A stretch of 16,199 nt of DNA. Origin: a virus. Its lineage: Duplodnaviria > Heunggongvirae > Uroviricota > Caudoviricetes. The stretch lies in IMG/VR virus record IMGVR_UViG_2802429175_000002, one strand, 5' to 3'. This document shows positions 5,624 to 13,687 of this stretch, piece after piece (position 1 is the first letter of the stretch; the number at the start of each line of letters is the position of its first letter). Both the position numbers and the translations under genes were made by a program. Below the pieces are notes generated by a model. That model worked only from the letters and a program-made list of their open reading frames with translations. It searched no databases and was not told the DNA's origin.

Positions 5624-5946
5624 GAGGTTTCCCGAAGGTGCACAGCCGCAGACAGTTTGACCATGTGGCCAGCCGTGAATCGATAACCCCAGATCTGACC
5701 CGCCTGATCACCATCCGCGCAGAGGAATACGACATCCCCGTTCACGGATGGGTCGTTCAGTGCTTCGATGGCCCAGTCGTCCCAGAAGAAGTCCATCCAC
5801 TCCATTGCGTCAGGATCCAGGGATAGTCCGTCTTCGCTGCTGTAATAGAGTCTCTGGCCGTTCTCCGCTGACTCTGCGATGAGGCGTTGTGCCACTTTGT
5901 CACTCATTCGCAGGGTGTTCTTGAATACACCGATTGACCAGCTCAT
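5620..5946 (-). CDS. Hypothetical phage protein, 108 aa
   Basis: ATGA-coupled at both ends; globular, acidic composition. Confidence 0.8.
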   Translation of the reverse strand: MSWSIGVFKNTLRMSDKVAQRLIAESAENGQRLYYSSEDGLSLDPDAMEWMDFFWDDWAIEALNDPSVNGDVVFLCADGDQAGQIWGYRFTAGHMVKLSAAVHLRETS

Positions 5947-6146
5947 CGCTGTAGCTCCTTGAGGGCGTCGACTAGATAAGACATTGCGCTGAGATGCCCT
6001 TCGTCAGGCGAGTCAACTGCGAAATTAGGTGTGTCCCCGTATCTCTGGCGGTATATGTCAAGGGCGGTATCGTGACCACCTTCGTAGCACCACCCTAGGA
6101 ACTCCAAGGCACGTTCAGCCTCCAAGAGGCTTGGAAGCTCTCTCAT
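5943..6146 (-). CDS. Hypothetical phage protein, 67 aa (MRELPSLLEAE...)
   Basis: ATG 6146 overlaps the HIT gene stop (ATGA); track start 6176 is likely too long. Confidence 0.75.
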   Translation of the reverse strand: MRELPSLLEAERALEFLGWCYEGGHDTALDIYRQRYGDTPNFAVDSPDEGHLSAMSYLVDALKELQR

Positions 6147-6523
6147 AGTCGTAGTTCCTCCAATGCGCGGCGCCACCGCTCGCGCTCCATTTGCTGGGGA
6201 GTCCAGGGGAGTGGTAGGTCGTCGTTCAGCTGTCTCGGAACCACGTGTAGATGGGTGTGGAACACGGTTTGTGTGGCATCTGGGCCGATGTTGGTGATGA
6301 TGTTGGCTTGGATCTTGCGGGACTTAACCCAAAGGGCTGCCGAGAACATCAGGTCTGACGCTATGTCTGGGTCCACCGAAGCGTCGATGGTGTGCTTCCG
6401 GCCTATAACCAGGACATGTCCTTCGACTACCGGGTTTAGTGGCACAAGAATCGCGTTACCCCCCGAGGACTCCCAGATGATGTCCAGGTTGTGCCAGTTG
6501 TCGGGGCAGAAAGGGCAGCTCAT
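6143..6523 (-). CDS. HIT (histidine triad) family nucleotide hydrolase, 126 aa
   Basis: CPFC, PLNPVVEGHVLVI..KH, N.GPDATQTVFHTHLHVVPR (HxHxHxx triad); RBS AGGAGAG. Confidence 0.93.
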   Translation of the reverse strand: MSCPFCPDNWHNLDIIWESSGGNAILVPLNPVVEGHVLVIGRKHTIDASVDPDIASDLMFSAALWVKSRKIQANIITNIGPDATQTVFHTHLHVVPRQLNDDLPLPWTPQQMERERWRRALEELRL

Positions 6524-6532
6524 CGCTCTCTC

Positions 6533-6745
6533 CTAAGTCTTCATCGGTCGAATGGGGACATCATGTTTCGCGGCCCATTCGCGCATGGCGTCTTCAGCGG
6601 CCTGCATCTTCTCCAGCGCGCAGTTCAGTCGTCCATCACCACGCTTGCCGGTGAGAAGTCTTGCGATAGAAGCGCGCTGGATCTCGAGGTTGGTTATCGC
6701 AGTGCGGAGGACAACCTCTTTGGCCCGCTTATCCATTTGTGGCAT
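6533..6745 (-). CDS. Hypothetical helical protein, 70 aa (MPQMDKRAKEVV...)
   Basis: GGAGA RBS upstream of ATG 6745; track start 6811 is likely too long. Confidence 0.7.
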   Translation of the reverse strand: MPQMDKRAKEVVLRTAITNLEIQRASIARLLTGKRGDGRLNCALEKMQAAEDAMREWAAKHDVPIRPMKT

Positions 6746-6986
6746 TGAGTGTGTTCTCCATGTCCTGGATGTATGCCTTGCATTCGTTACGCGTCTCAGC
6801 TGCGTATACAACCCTCAACGTTGCGTCCTTCGAAGTCCGTACGAACGCGCGCCAGAACTTCGGGGTGAAGTCCAGCGTCTTCCTCTTCTGCCGGATGACG
6901 TACAGGACGTTCTCGTCACGCTCGGGGATCGCGTAGTACACGCTGTAGCCGGGGTTCTCCTTGGATTCGTTGATCCACTTCAGCAT
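6729..6986 (-). CDS. Hypothetical phage protein, 85 aa (MLKWINESKENPGY...)
   Basis: ATG 6986 overlaps the upstream stop by 7 nt; the 194-aa track ORF N-terminus overlaps another gene and looks non-coding. Confidence 0.75.
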   Translation of the reverse strand: MLKWINESKENPGYSVYYAIPERDENVLYVIRQKRKTLDFTPKFWRAFVRTSKDATLRVVYAAETRNECKAYIQDMENTLNATNG

Positions 6987-7249
6987 TCGATTCCCCAGTT
7001 CTTCTTGAGCCAGTGAGACATAGAGCATGCTGCAATTGCCTCTGCGCGCATCGAGACCATCGCTTTGTGTACGAGATCGAGAAGTTCCCCTTCGGTTCGC
7101 ACTGTGAGGATGTCGACCTCCTTCTTTAGGACAACTTCTTCGCCGTCCATCAGGGCCACATTCAGCAAGCACGGGCCCGCACTGGTAACGCGCCATTCCC
7201 AACCGAATGGCGGCACCGGCTGGTCCGAATGGACAACAGTGCTGGTCAT
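6980..7249 (-). CDS. Hypothetical phage protein, 89 aa (MTSTVVHSDQPVPP...)
   Basis: ATG 7249 overlaps the upstream stop (ATGA). Confidence 0.72.
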   Translation of the reverse strand: MTSTVVHSDQPVPPFGWEWRVTSAGPCLLNVALMDGEEVVLKKEVDILTVRTEGELLDLVHKAMVSMRAEAIAACSMSHWLKKNWGIEC

Positions 7250-7258
7250 GACCAGCAC
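7239..7258. repeat. Perfect 20-bp palindrome GTGCTGGTCATGACCAGCAC
   Basis: 7239-7248 is the exact reverse complement of 7249-7258; it spans the ATGA start/stop junction. Confidence 0.95.
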
Positions 7259-7476
7259 ACCGCAACCTGGGGGAGAAGCTCGGGCCACAAGCCCTCACCA
7301 ACCACACCTTCATCGGGGATAGTCACCGTGAGAATGCGGACGTCTCCTCCAACCGACTCGGCGTAGTTTTCAGCTACGCCCTTTTTTGTGTATGAACGAC
7401 TATTGCCTGAGTTGCCAAGTGCCAGTGACGGTTTACCGCCCTCGAACTTGACGAGGAGGTGTACTTGCGCGCTCAC
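7246..7476 (-). CDS. Hypothetical phage protein, 76 aa
   Basis: GTGA overlap with upstream gene and ATGA overlap with downstream gene. Confidence 0.7.
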   Translation of the reverse strand: MSAQVHLLVKFEGGKPSLALGNSGNSRSYTKKGVAENYAESVGGDVRILTVTIPDEGVVGEGLWPELLPQVAVCWS

Positions 7477-7667
7477 TTCGCGTTCCCCCAGTCACACGAC
7501 AGTCCATCACGGATGGTGACGCAATAGACCGTGCGGTTGTCGCGGACCTTCAGATAGAAGTCCGCGTAGTCCGCGTGGGTCTGATAGTCCGTCCTGTTGT
7601 CTTCACAACCCATGAGGGCGATGACAAGCGCCGCGAGGACAACTATGGCCTTGCCCGGGTTAGGCAT
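7473..7667 (-). CDS. Small lipoprotein, 64 aa (MPNPGKAIVVLAALVIALMGC...)
   Basis: Hydrophobic signal ending in lipobox LMGC; C-terminal YCV...GLSCDW Cys pair; ATG 7667 overlaps the upstream stop. Confidence 0.78.
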   Translation of the reverse strand: MPNPGKAIVVLAALVIALMGCEDNRTDYQTHADYADFYLKVRDNRTVYCVTIRDGLSCDWGNAK

Positions 7668-7866
7668 CGAACACCGGCACCGGGTAGAACGGGCCGTCAG
7701 GCCAGCCGTCATCGTCGATGGTGGTCAGAAGCTCTGGGAAGCCGTCGACCCAGGTGAGTGTGCACCAATTCCTCTCGGACTTCAGATACACCCACACAGT
7801 GCCTTCGCGGTCCACCCAGATGTATCTCCGGTGGCGCTTCTTGAGCCGTTTCACGGGCTTCAACAT
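7660..7866 (-). CDS. Hypothetical phage protein, 68 aa (MLKPVKRLKKRHRRYIWVDREG...), first gene of the leftward operon
   Basis: RBS AAGGAAGGG upstream of ATG 7866; Trp-rich WVD..G..W pattern. Confidence 0.75.
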   Translation of the reverse strand: MLKPVKRLKKRHRRYIWVDREGTVWVYLKSERNWCTLTWVDGFPELLTTIDDDGWPDGPFYPVPVFDA

Positions 7867-7894
7867 TGCAATCCCTTCCTTCGTGTGCTTAAAG

Positions 7895-7921
7895 CATATG
7901 AACGCCATAGTGGTTCATGTG
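7895..7921. promoter_or_regulatory. Operator-like inverted repeat CATATGAAC-N9-GTTCATGTG in the divergent intergenic region
   Basis: 9-bp arms with one mismatch, between the leftward accessory operon and the rightward packaging operon. Confidence 0.45.
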
Positions 7922-7949
7922 GGTGACGCAAGGCGTACCTAAAGAGTTT

Positions 7950-7960
7950 GCTGATACACT
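7950..7960 (+). promoter_or_regulatory. Candidate extended -10 promoter (TGa-TACACT) for the packaging/structural operon
   Basis: GCTGATACACT lies 6 nt before a strong RBS AGGAGGT and GTG 7981; near-identical to 1066-1076. Confidence 0.5.
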
Positions 7961-7980
7961 GGTAACAGGAGGTACAGCTC

Positions 7981-8274
7981 GTGATCGCTCCGTCAATTGG
8001 CTTCAATGACAAGGCAACCAAGCCTTTGTGGAGCGCTCTGACGCTTGATGACGTACGCGAACTCATTCGCAACGACGTAGCCGAGCTAAATCACTACCTC
8101 GAACTACAGGCAGAGGATGCAGCCCTTTGCGCTGGCGGAAACCGTCAGCCCAACTACCGCTTGCGTACCTACATCAAGGCCTGGGAGTACGCACAGGACG
8201 CGCATTGGTCCTGGTATAGGGAGATTCGCGATGCCCGAACCGCAGCCGCCCAAGGGGCTCAAAGACTGGGGTAA
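7981..8274 (+). CDS. Hypothetical protein, 97 aa, preceding small terminase
   Basis: Strong RBS AGGAGGT; helical composition; 44-nt overlap with terS. Confidence 0.7.
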   Translation: MIAPSIGFNDKATKPLWSALTLDDVRELIRNDVAELNHYLELQAEDAALCAGGNRQPNYRLRTYIKAWEYAQDAHWSWYREIRDARTAAAQGAQRLG

Positions 8275-8617
8275 GCATCTGTGGGATGGCGTAACAGCTG
8301 GGACGACACTAGATCCGGCTGGTTACATCCTTCTTGGTGAAGCATGCCGGACCGCTGACATTATCGAACGGCTCAGCGGTGCATTGGCTTCCGGTTCATC
8401 GGAGTGGATCCGTCTTGCTGATGATGCTGAGTACACAGCGCCAGACGCTGTTGAAATCAAAATTGTCGTGAACCCCCTCCTCGGTGAGATCCGCCAGCAG
8501 CGGCTCGCCCTGCGTCAGCTCTTGGCGCAACTGAAACTCGGAAATTCCGAGGCTAATTCGGGAGACGAGGACGACCCCATCGCAAAGATGATGGCGGAGT
8601 TCGCTTTACCGGACTGA
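8231..8617 (+). CDS. terS: Terminase small subunit, 128 aa
   Basis: RBS AGGGAGA before ATG 8231; P.GL...GK.LW, LL.EACRTAD..ERL and EIRQQRLALRQLLAQLKL are typical of actinophage small terminases; immediately upstream of terL. Confidence 0.8.
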   Translation: MPEPQPPKGLKDWGKHLWDGVTAGTTLDPAGYILLGEACRTADIIERLSGALASGSSEWIRLADDAEYTAPDAVEIKIVVNPLLGEIRQQRLALRQLLAQLKLGNSEANSGDEDDPIAKMMAEFALPD

Positions 8618-8646
8618 TTATGTAGACAAGGACGGTTGGGCCCTCA

Positions 8647-10167
8647 GTGGTTGCAACTGGTGAAGTCCGCATCGGTGATCAGATTCCACCCAATTACTGG
8701 GTACCTGAATACGTTCGATCACGCGGCGACAAAGCTATCGCATTCCTGGACGCCATTGGATACCACCTAGATCCGTGGCAGCAGCTGATTCTTCGTGACC
8801 TTCTTGGTGAGAATGAGGCTCGCAAATGGGCTGCGCTAGAAGCGGTTTTGCTTATTCCGCGACAAAATGGCAAGACGGCGATCACCGAAGCACTGGAGAT
8901 CGTCCATTTGTTCCTGTTCGGAACACGGCTGATCATCCACACGGCCCACCTCTTCGATACGGCCTACGAGTCCTACCTACGCATGGTCGACCTTATCGAG
9001 GCCTGCCCAGCGCTCGATAAGTACGTTCGTTCCAAGCCATCTGCCAACGGCAAAGTCGGCATCATCCTGAAAAGCGGTGCACGCCTTCTATACAAGGCTC
9101 GCGGAACCGGGCAGGGGCGTGGATTCTCAGGTGACCTAGTCGTGCTGGATGAGGCATACGACCTCGATCCCGACATGGTCGCGGCCCTAATCCCAGCCTT
9201 GTCGGCGCGTAAGAACCCGCAGGTCATCTATACCTCTTCGACCGGTAATGAGGACTCCGCAGTCCTAATCAAGGCCCGTGAGCGCGGCATGGATCACCAC
9301 CCGCGTATTGCGCTGTTTGAGTGGTGCGCAGACGCTGGCTGCAAGCTCGATGATGTTGAGCAGTGGTATAAGTCGAACCCCGCGTTGGGAATCCGCCTCA
9401 CTGAGGAGTGGATTGCAAACGTTGAGCGCGGCTCGATGGACGACAAGAAGTTCGCCCGCGAGCGCCTGGGGCTATGGCATGACAACTCCATCAAGTCGCC
9501 GATTGACGCTGAGCTCTGGAAGTCGCGTTGTCGCTGCGCTGGTTCGATCCATTCCGAGCATGCAAATCTCGACGTCTCCCAGATCACCTCGCGCATCGTC
9601 CTCGCTGTCGATGCCGCCCCTGACCGCTCTAACGCCACGATTGGCCTCGCCGGATACACGGCTGATGGCAAGAAGCAGGTTGAGGTCGAGTCCAGTGAGC
9701 GCGGCATCTCCTGGTGCGTCGATGCGATTGACCAGATCTACAAGGCGAGGAATTCGCCAGTGCCAATTGCGGTTTGCATCCAGTCCGGTGCGCGCGCAGG
9801 TGCCTTAATTCCAGAGCTTGAAGCCCTTGGTATTGAAGTAATTCCGTTCGGTACTAAGGAGATTATTGCCGCTACGGGGTTCTTCTATGACTCCGTCGAA
9901 GACGGCTCACTTATCCACTTGGGTGATCCAACTATCACTGTCGGCCTGGCCGGGGCCCGAAGGTACAACCTCGGCGGCAAGGTCAGCAACGCCATTGACG
10001 AGGGCGAATACAACGGCTGGGGCTGGTCCCGCGCCGATACCACCGTCGACATTACCGGAGTCTGCGCCATCTCCTACGCCCTATGGGGTCTGAACATGTT
10101 GCGTTCCAAGGCGATTGTCGAGAAGAAGCACTACGAGGGTAAGCCTCGTGGGGGAGGACTTTGGTGA
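8647..10167 (+). CDS. terL: Terminase large subunit, 506 aa
   Basis: Walker A PRQNGKT, Walker B LVVLDEAY, coupling motif YTSS, nuclease-domain LAVD and D..G..A..YALWG. Confidence 0.96.
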   Translation: MVATGEVRIGDQIPPNYWVPEYVRSRGDKAIAFLDAIGYHLDPWQQLILRDLLGENEARKWAALEAVLLIPRQNGKTAITEALEIVHLFLFGTRLIIHTAHLFDTAYESYLRMVDLIEACPALDKYVRSKPSANGKVGIILKSGARLLYKARGTGQGRGFSGDLVVLDEAYDLDPDMVAALIPALSARKNPQVIYTSSTGNEDSAVLIKARERGMDHHPRIALFEWCADAGCKLDDVEQWYKSNPALGIRLTEEWIANVERGSMDDKKFARERLGLWHDNSIKSPIDAELWKSRCRCAGSIHSEHANLDVSQITSRIVLAVDAAPDRSNATIGLAGYTADGKKQVEVESSERGISWCVDAIDQIYKARNSPVPIAVCIQSGARAGALIPELEALGIEVIPFGTKEIIAATGFFYDSVEDGSLIHLGDPTITVGLAGARRYNLGGKVSNAIDEGEYNGWGWSRADTTVDITGVCAISYALWGLNMLRSKAIVEKKHYEGKPRGGGLW

Positions 10168-11726
10168 GCGCCTACCAGAGCGACGTCTACTACCAGTCGG
10201 ACATCTACGCACCCGAATACCATCCTGCGCCAGTTGATCTCCCCAACCCGAGCCTTTCGGGTAAGGCCCTGGAAACCTTCATCACGAAGAAGGTGTTTCC
10301 CGCATTCGACCTCGAGCGTGGGCGTTTGGCTCATCTTGAGTGCTGGGGTGCCGGTAAGCAGCCTTCTGTTCGTCCACTGAAGCGAAACACTGAGCGCGCA
10401 GTACTGCAGCGCATGGCACGCACTCCCTGGATTCCTGTGATGATCTCCACCTTCGCCCAGCAGATGATCGTGGACGGCTATCGCAAGGAAGGCGAGACCG
10501 AGAACTCCGAAGGCTGGAAGTCTTGGGTCCGCAACAAGATGACTGCCCAGCAGATCTCGCTGAACCGTGCGGTCATGACCTACGGCTATGCCTACGTGCG
10601 CGTGACCGAAGGATCTGACGAGAACGAAGACGTCATGGCGATCATGCGTGCTGTCGATCCAATGGATTGCTTCGCGCTCTATGACGACCCGTATGCCGAC
10701 GAGTACCCACAGTTCGTCCTAGAGAAGCTGCCTCAAAAGGGCAAGTACCGTTGGTGGCTTCCTAATGGTGACTACTACCCGCTGACTTTCGACAAGGGCA
10801 AGTTCACCGCTGGCGAGCTGGAGAGCACGAAGTACGGCAAGGCCCCATTCGTCCGCTACGTCAATCAGATCGATCTTCGAGGTCGCTGCTGGGGTGACGT
10901 GGAGTCGGTTATCGATCTCGCGGCCCGCATCGACAAGACCGTGTTCGACCGTCTGCTGGTTCAGCACTTCAACAGCTTCAAGGTTCGTTGGGCTACCGGC
11001 CTAGAGCAGCCAGACACGTCGGCTGAGGTCGAAGAGACCAAGATCCGTGTTGGGCATGAGGACATCCTCATCTCCTCGGAGGCTCAGGCTAGGTTCGGCA
11101 CGCTCGACGAGACGTCCATGGACGGCTTCATTGCCGCCTACAAGGCCGATCTAGAGACTTTTGCGGCTGTCATGCAGCTGCCACCAAACTTGCTCGGCCA
11201 GGTCGTGAACGTGGCCGCAGACGCGCTTGATGGCGCGCGTAAGCAGACTTACCAGCGCCTGTTTGAGAAGCAGACCGTTATGGGTGAGTCGCATGCTCAG
11301 GTTCTTCGTCTCGCGGCACTGATCGAGGGCCGTGAGGCCGACGCATCAGACTTCTTCGCGCGTGTTCATTGGCAGGACGTCGAGGTCCGCTCGCTGGCTC
11401 AGTTCGCCGACGCTTGGGGCAAGATCTGCTCGCAGCTTGGCGTTCCGAAGATCGCCGCTTGGCACCGCATCCCCGGTGTTGAGCAGACTGAGGTCGAGGC
11501 CTGGGAGAAGAAGGCACTCGACGACGATCCGCTCACCACGTACCTACGTGAGGTCGTTGGCGTCACAACCACCTCGGTGGGCGTGGACTCTAAGACCGGC
11601 GAGCCTAAGCCGCCTCCTGTCGCCCCGAACCCCGGTGGTTCTGGTGGCGGTGGGCCCAACAACCCGACAAACCAGCGACCGCTGAATAACAAGACCGGCG
11701 TCTCGCGAGGAACGGCTGTTAAGTGA
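10164..11726 (+). CDS. Portal protein (SPP1 Gp6-like), 520 aa
   Basis: GTG 10164 overlaps the terL stop (GTGA) with RBS GGGGAGGA; size, position and ..G.AY, P.VRYVN..DL.GR..GDVE motifs. Confidence 0.92.
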   Translation: MSAYQSDVYYQSDIYAPEYHPAPVDLPNPSLSGKALETFITKKVFPAFDLERGRLAHLECWGAGKQPSVRPLKRNTERAVLQRMARTPWIPVMISTFAQQMIVDGYRKEGETENSEGWKSWVRNKMTAQQISLNRAVMTYGYAYVRVTEGSDENEDVMAIMRAVDPMDCFALYDDPYADEYPQFVLEKLPQKGKYRWWLPNGDYYPLTFDKGKFTAGELESTKYGKAPFVRYVNQIDLRGRCWGDVESVIDLAARIDKTVFDRLLVQHFNSFKVRWATGLEQPDTSAEVEETKIRVGHEDILISSEAQARFGTLDETSMDGFIAAYKADLETFAAVMQLPPNLLGQVVNVAADALDGARKQTYQRLFEKQTVMGESHAQVLRLAALIEGREADASDFFARVHWQDVEVRSLAQFADAWGKICSQLGVPKIAAWHRIPGVEQTEVEAWEKKALDDDPLTTYLREVVGVTTTSVGVDSKTGEPKPPPVAPNPGGSGGGGPNNPTNQRPLNNKTGVSRGTAVK

Positions 11727-12850
11727 CCACGCCCCAGGAGCAGGGGAACGCAGGTCTGAAGGCGCTTGAGGCGTACATCGCCTACCGGTCTGTCCAGCAC
11801 AGCGAGGATCAGGACGCGATTGCCGCTGATCTCGCTCTGAAGATGTATCCGATCTGGCTGATCCAGCGCTTCGATGAGCTGGATAGGACGACACCGCTCT
11901 GGGTGAGTTCGGCCCTTCCATTGGTGAAGACCGCGTACCTCCAGTCCCAGAGGGCCGCAGCGGTGTTCACGAGCGATGTTCGTAACGCGACGCTAGCGAC
12001 TGCGGATCCGCTGCCGATGGATGTTCCAAACGTGGAGCTTCCCAAGAATGTTGCGCCATGGCACTTCTCGGACGTACTGATCCCCAGTATCCCGCTTGAT
12101 GAGCAGCAGGTAGTCCAGTTCGATCCCTTCCCTGAGAAGGACGCTGCCGTCTCACTAGTAGTGAACGGGAACTACGAGATCAAGGCTGCGATGCCCGGTC
12201 CTGAACAGGATCTGATGTACAGCGGTCTGTCGAACTCCTCGGGTGCTGCGATTCGCCAGGCGATGAATGGTGGCCGCAATGTGACTGGAAACGTCGTCTA
12301 TACGGATCGGAAGATCATCGGATACGCGCGCGTCACTGATGGCAACCCATGCTGGTTCTGCGCTCTATTGGCAAGCAGGGGAGCGGTATTCCGTAAAGGG
12401 TCGTTCAACAAGGGCAGTCGTGTCAATCCTTGGAATGGCTCTCTTACCAAGTCCGACAAGGACTTTATCGCACCCAAGGACGGACCAGAGCTCCCAGAGG
12501 GTTTCTCGAATGTCGCGAAGGTGCACAACCACTGCCGTTGCCAGCTGCGCCCCGTGTATGCGCGCGAGAAGTCTTTCGGGCAGAAGCACGAAGCAATCCG
12601 AGACGAAGAGGCCCAGTTCTATTTCGATCAGTGGGACAAGGTTTCCCGGGAATGGTACTGGCTGTCCAACAAGGATCAGGCCGCGAAGTTCCGCGAGCAG
12701 TACACCCCATTTAAGCGCGCTGCACCAGATCTGGATGTAGTGCGAAATGAGCTTGAGGGCCGCATCGGCGCCCTTCTAGGCGATGGCTTTAGCCGAAACT
12801 CCCCGCAGGTGGAGTGGGCGAATGCACGCCTTTCGCAACTGGCTTCATAG
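11723..12850 (+). CDS. MuF-like minor head protein (often annotated capsid maturation protease in actinophages), 375 aa
   Basis: YARVTDGNPCWFCALLASRG and HNHCRC motifs; located between portal and scaffold. Confidence 0.82.
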   Translation: MTTPQEQGNAGLKALEAYIAYRSVQHSEDQDAIAADLALKMYPIWLIQRFDELDRTTPLWVSSALPLVKTAYLQSQRAAAVFTSDVRNATLATADPLPMDVPNVELPKNVAPWHFSDVLIPSIPLDEQQVVQFDPFPEKDAAVSLVVNGNYEIKAAMPGPEQDLMYSGLSNSSGAAIRQAMNGGRNVTGNVVYTDRKIIGYARVTDGNPCWFCALLASRGAVFRKGSFNKGSRVNPWNGSLTKSDKDFIAPKDGPELPEGFSNVAKVHNHCRCQLRPVYAREKSFGQKHEAIRDEEAQFYFDQWDKVSREWYWLSNKDQAAKFREQYTPFKRAAPDLDVVRNELEGRIGALLGDGFSRNSPQVEWANARLSQLAS

Positions 12851-12903
12851 CGCCAGGACGGTTTCACGAACGACCGAAAACTGTTCGGAGAGAAGAGAAT
12901 GCA

Positions 12904-13650
12904 GTGAGCGATTCACTGATGCCCATTCATCCAACCACCGGCCTACAGGCCATTGGTTTCACCTCGCGAGGCCCCATCTGGCCCATCATGGGCGGGTCCG
13001 AGGATGCCGGAGAAGGTGCTGGGGCAGGCGACGAATCTGGCGTAGATGCAGGGGAACTCACTCCTCCCGCAGCAAACAGTTGGTGGACTTTCGATAGCAA
13101 GGAAGCGGCCACCGAGTGGGGAAACAAGCTGGTCACGGACCGTCTGGCACGTATGCAGAAGTCCAAGCTCGATCCCCTTGTCCAGGAGCGTGATACACTA
13201 AAGGCAGAGGTCGAGCGCCTCAAGCCTTTGGAAGCCTCCACTCAGACTGACGCACAGCGTTGGGAGGCTGAGAAGGCAGGCCTAGCAACCGAGCTTCAGC
13301 AGCTCCGCGAATACAAGGCCTCGACTGAGCGAGTTAATCTCGCCCGCGACATCGCAGAAGAGATTGGGCTTCCTGCCCGCTTTGCCTCCCGCATCTCGGG
13401 AGATGACGAAGATGCGATGCGTGCCGATGCACAAGAACTACTCGACGTCCTGAGTGAGGGCGGGTCAAACACCAAGAAGACGCCAGCGCAGAAGGCTCCG
13501 AAAGATCCTGCGGCGCAGGGCGATGGACCCCGTAAGGGTCAGAGTGGTGGCGGCGGGTCCAGTGAGGACTCGGACGAGGCGGTGACCGCATCGATCCTCG
13601 AGCAGATTCAGCAGGACCGCGCACGCGGTGGGCTCAATACCCGTCGCTAA
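12904..13650 (+). CDS. Capsid scaffolding protein, 248 aa
   Basis: RBS GGAGAGAAG before GTG 12904; acidic, coiled-coil-rich; A.E.GLP..FA.RI.GDDE.AM.ADA.EL motif; precedes the capsid gene. Confidence 0.88.
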   Translation: MSDSLMPIHPTTGLQAIGFTSRGPIWPIMGGSEDAGEGAGAGDESGVDAGELTPPAANSWWTFDSKEAATEWGNKLVTDRLARMQKSKLDPLVQERDTLKAEVERLKPLEASTQTDAQRWEAEKAGLATELQQLREYKASTERVNLARDIAEEIGLPARFASRISGDDEDAMRADAQELLDVLSEGGSNTKKTPAQKAPKDPAAQGDGPRKGQSGGGGSSEDSDEAVTASILEQIQQDRARGGLNTRR

Positions 13651-13687
13651 TCCGGTTTCCCTTTAATCCAAGGACATTTCGTAGCTT

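Noticed and set aside
5343-7908. Long ORF-track versions of the leftward genes (starts 5735, 6176, 6811, 7288, 7313, 7712, 7908)
   Set aside because: They overlap neighbours extensively; shorter starts give RBSs or stop/start overlaps.
8647-10167. Intein or intron in terL; CRC...H..H segment as a novel metal site
   Set aside because: Length is ordinary, no splicing motifs seen; the Cys/His patch is too short to interpret without an alignment.
11723-12850. MuF-fused polymorphic toxin
   Set aside because: The about 100 aa after HNHCRC shows no toxin motif and no immunity-like gene follows.
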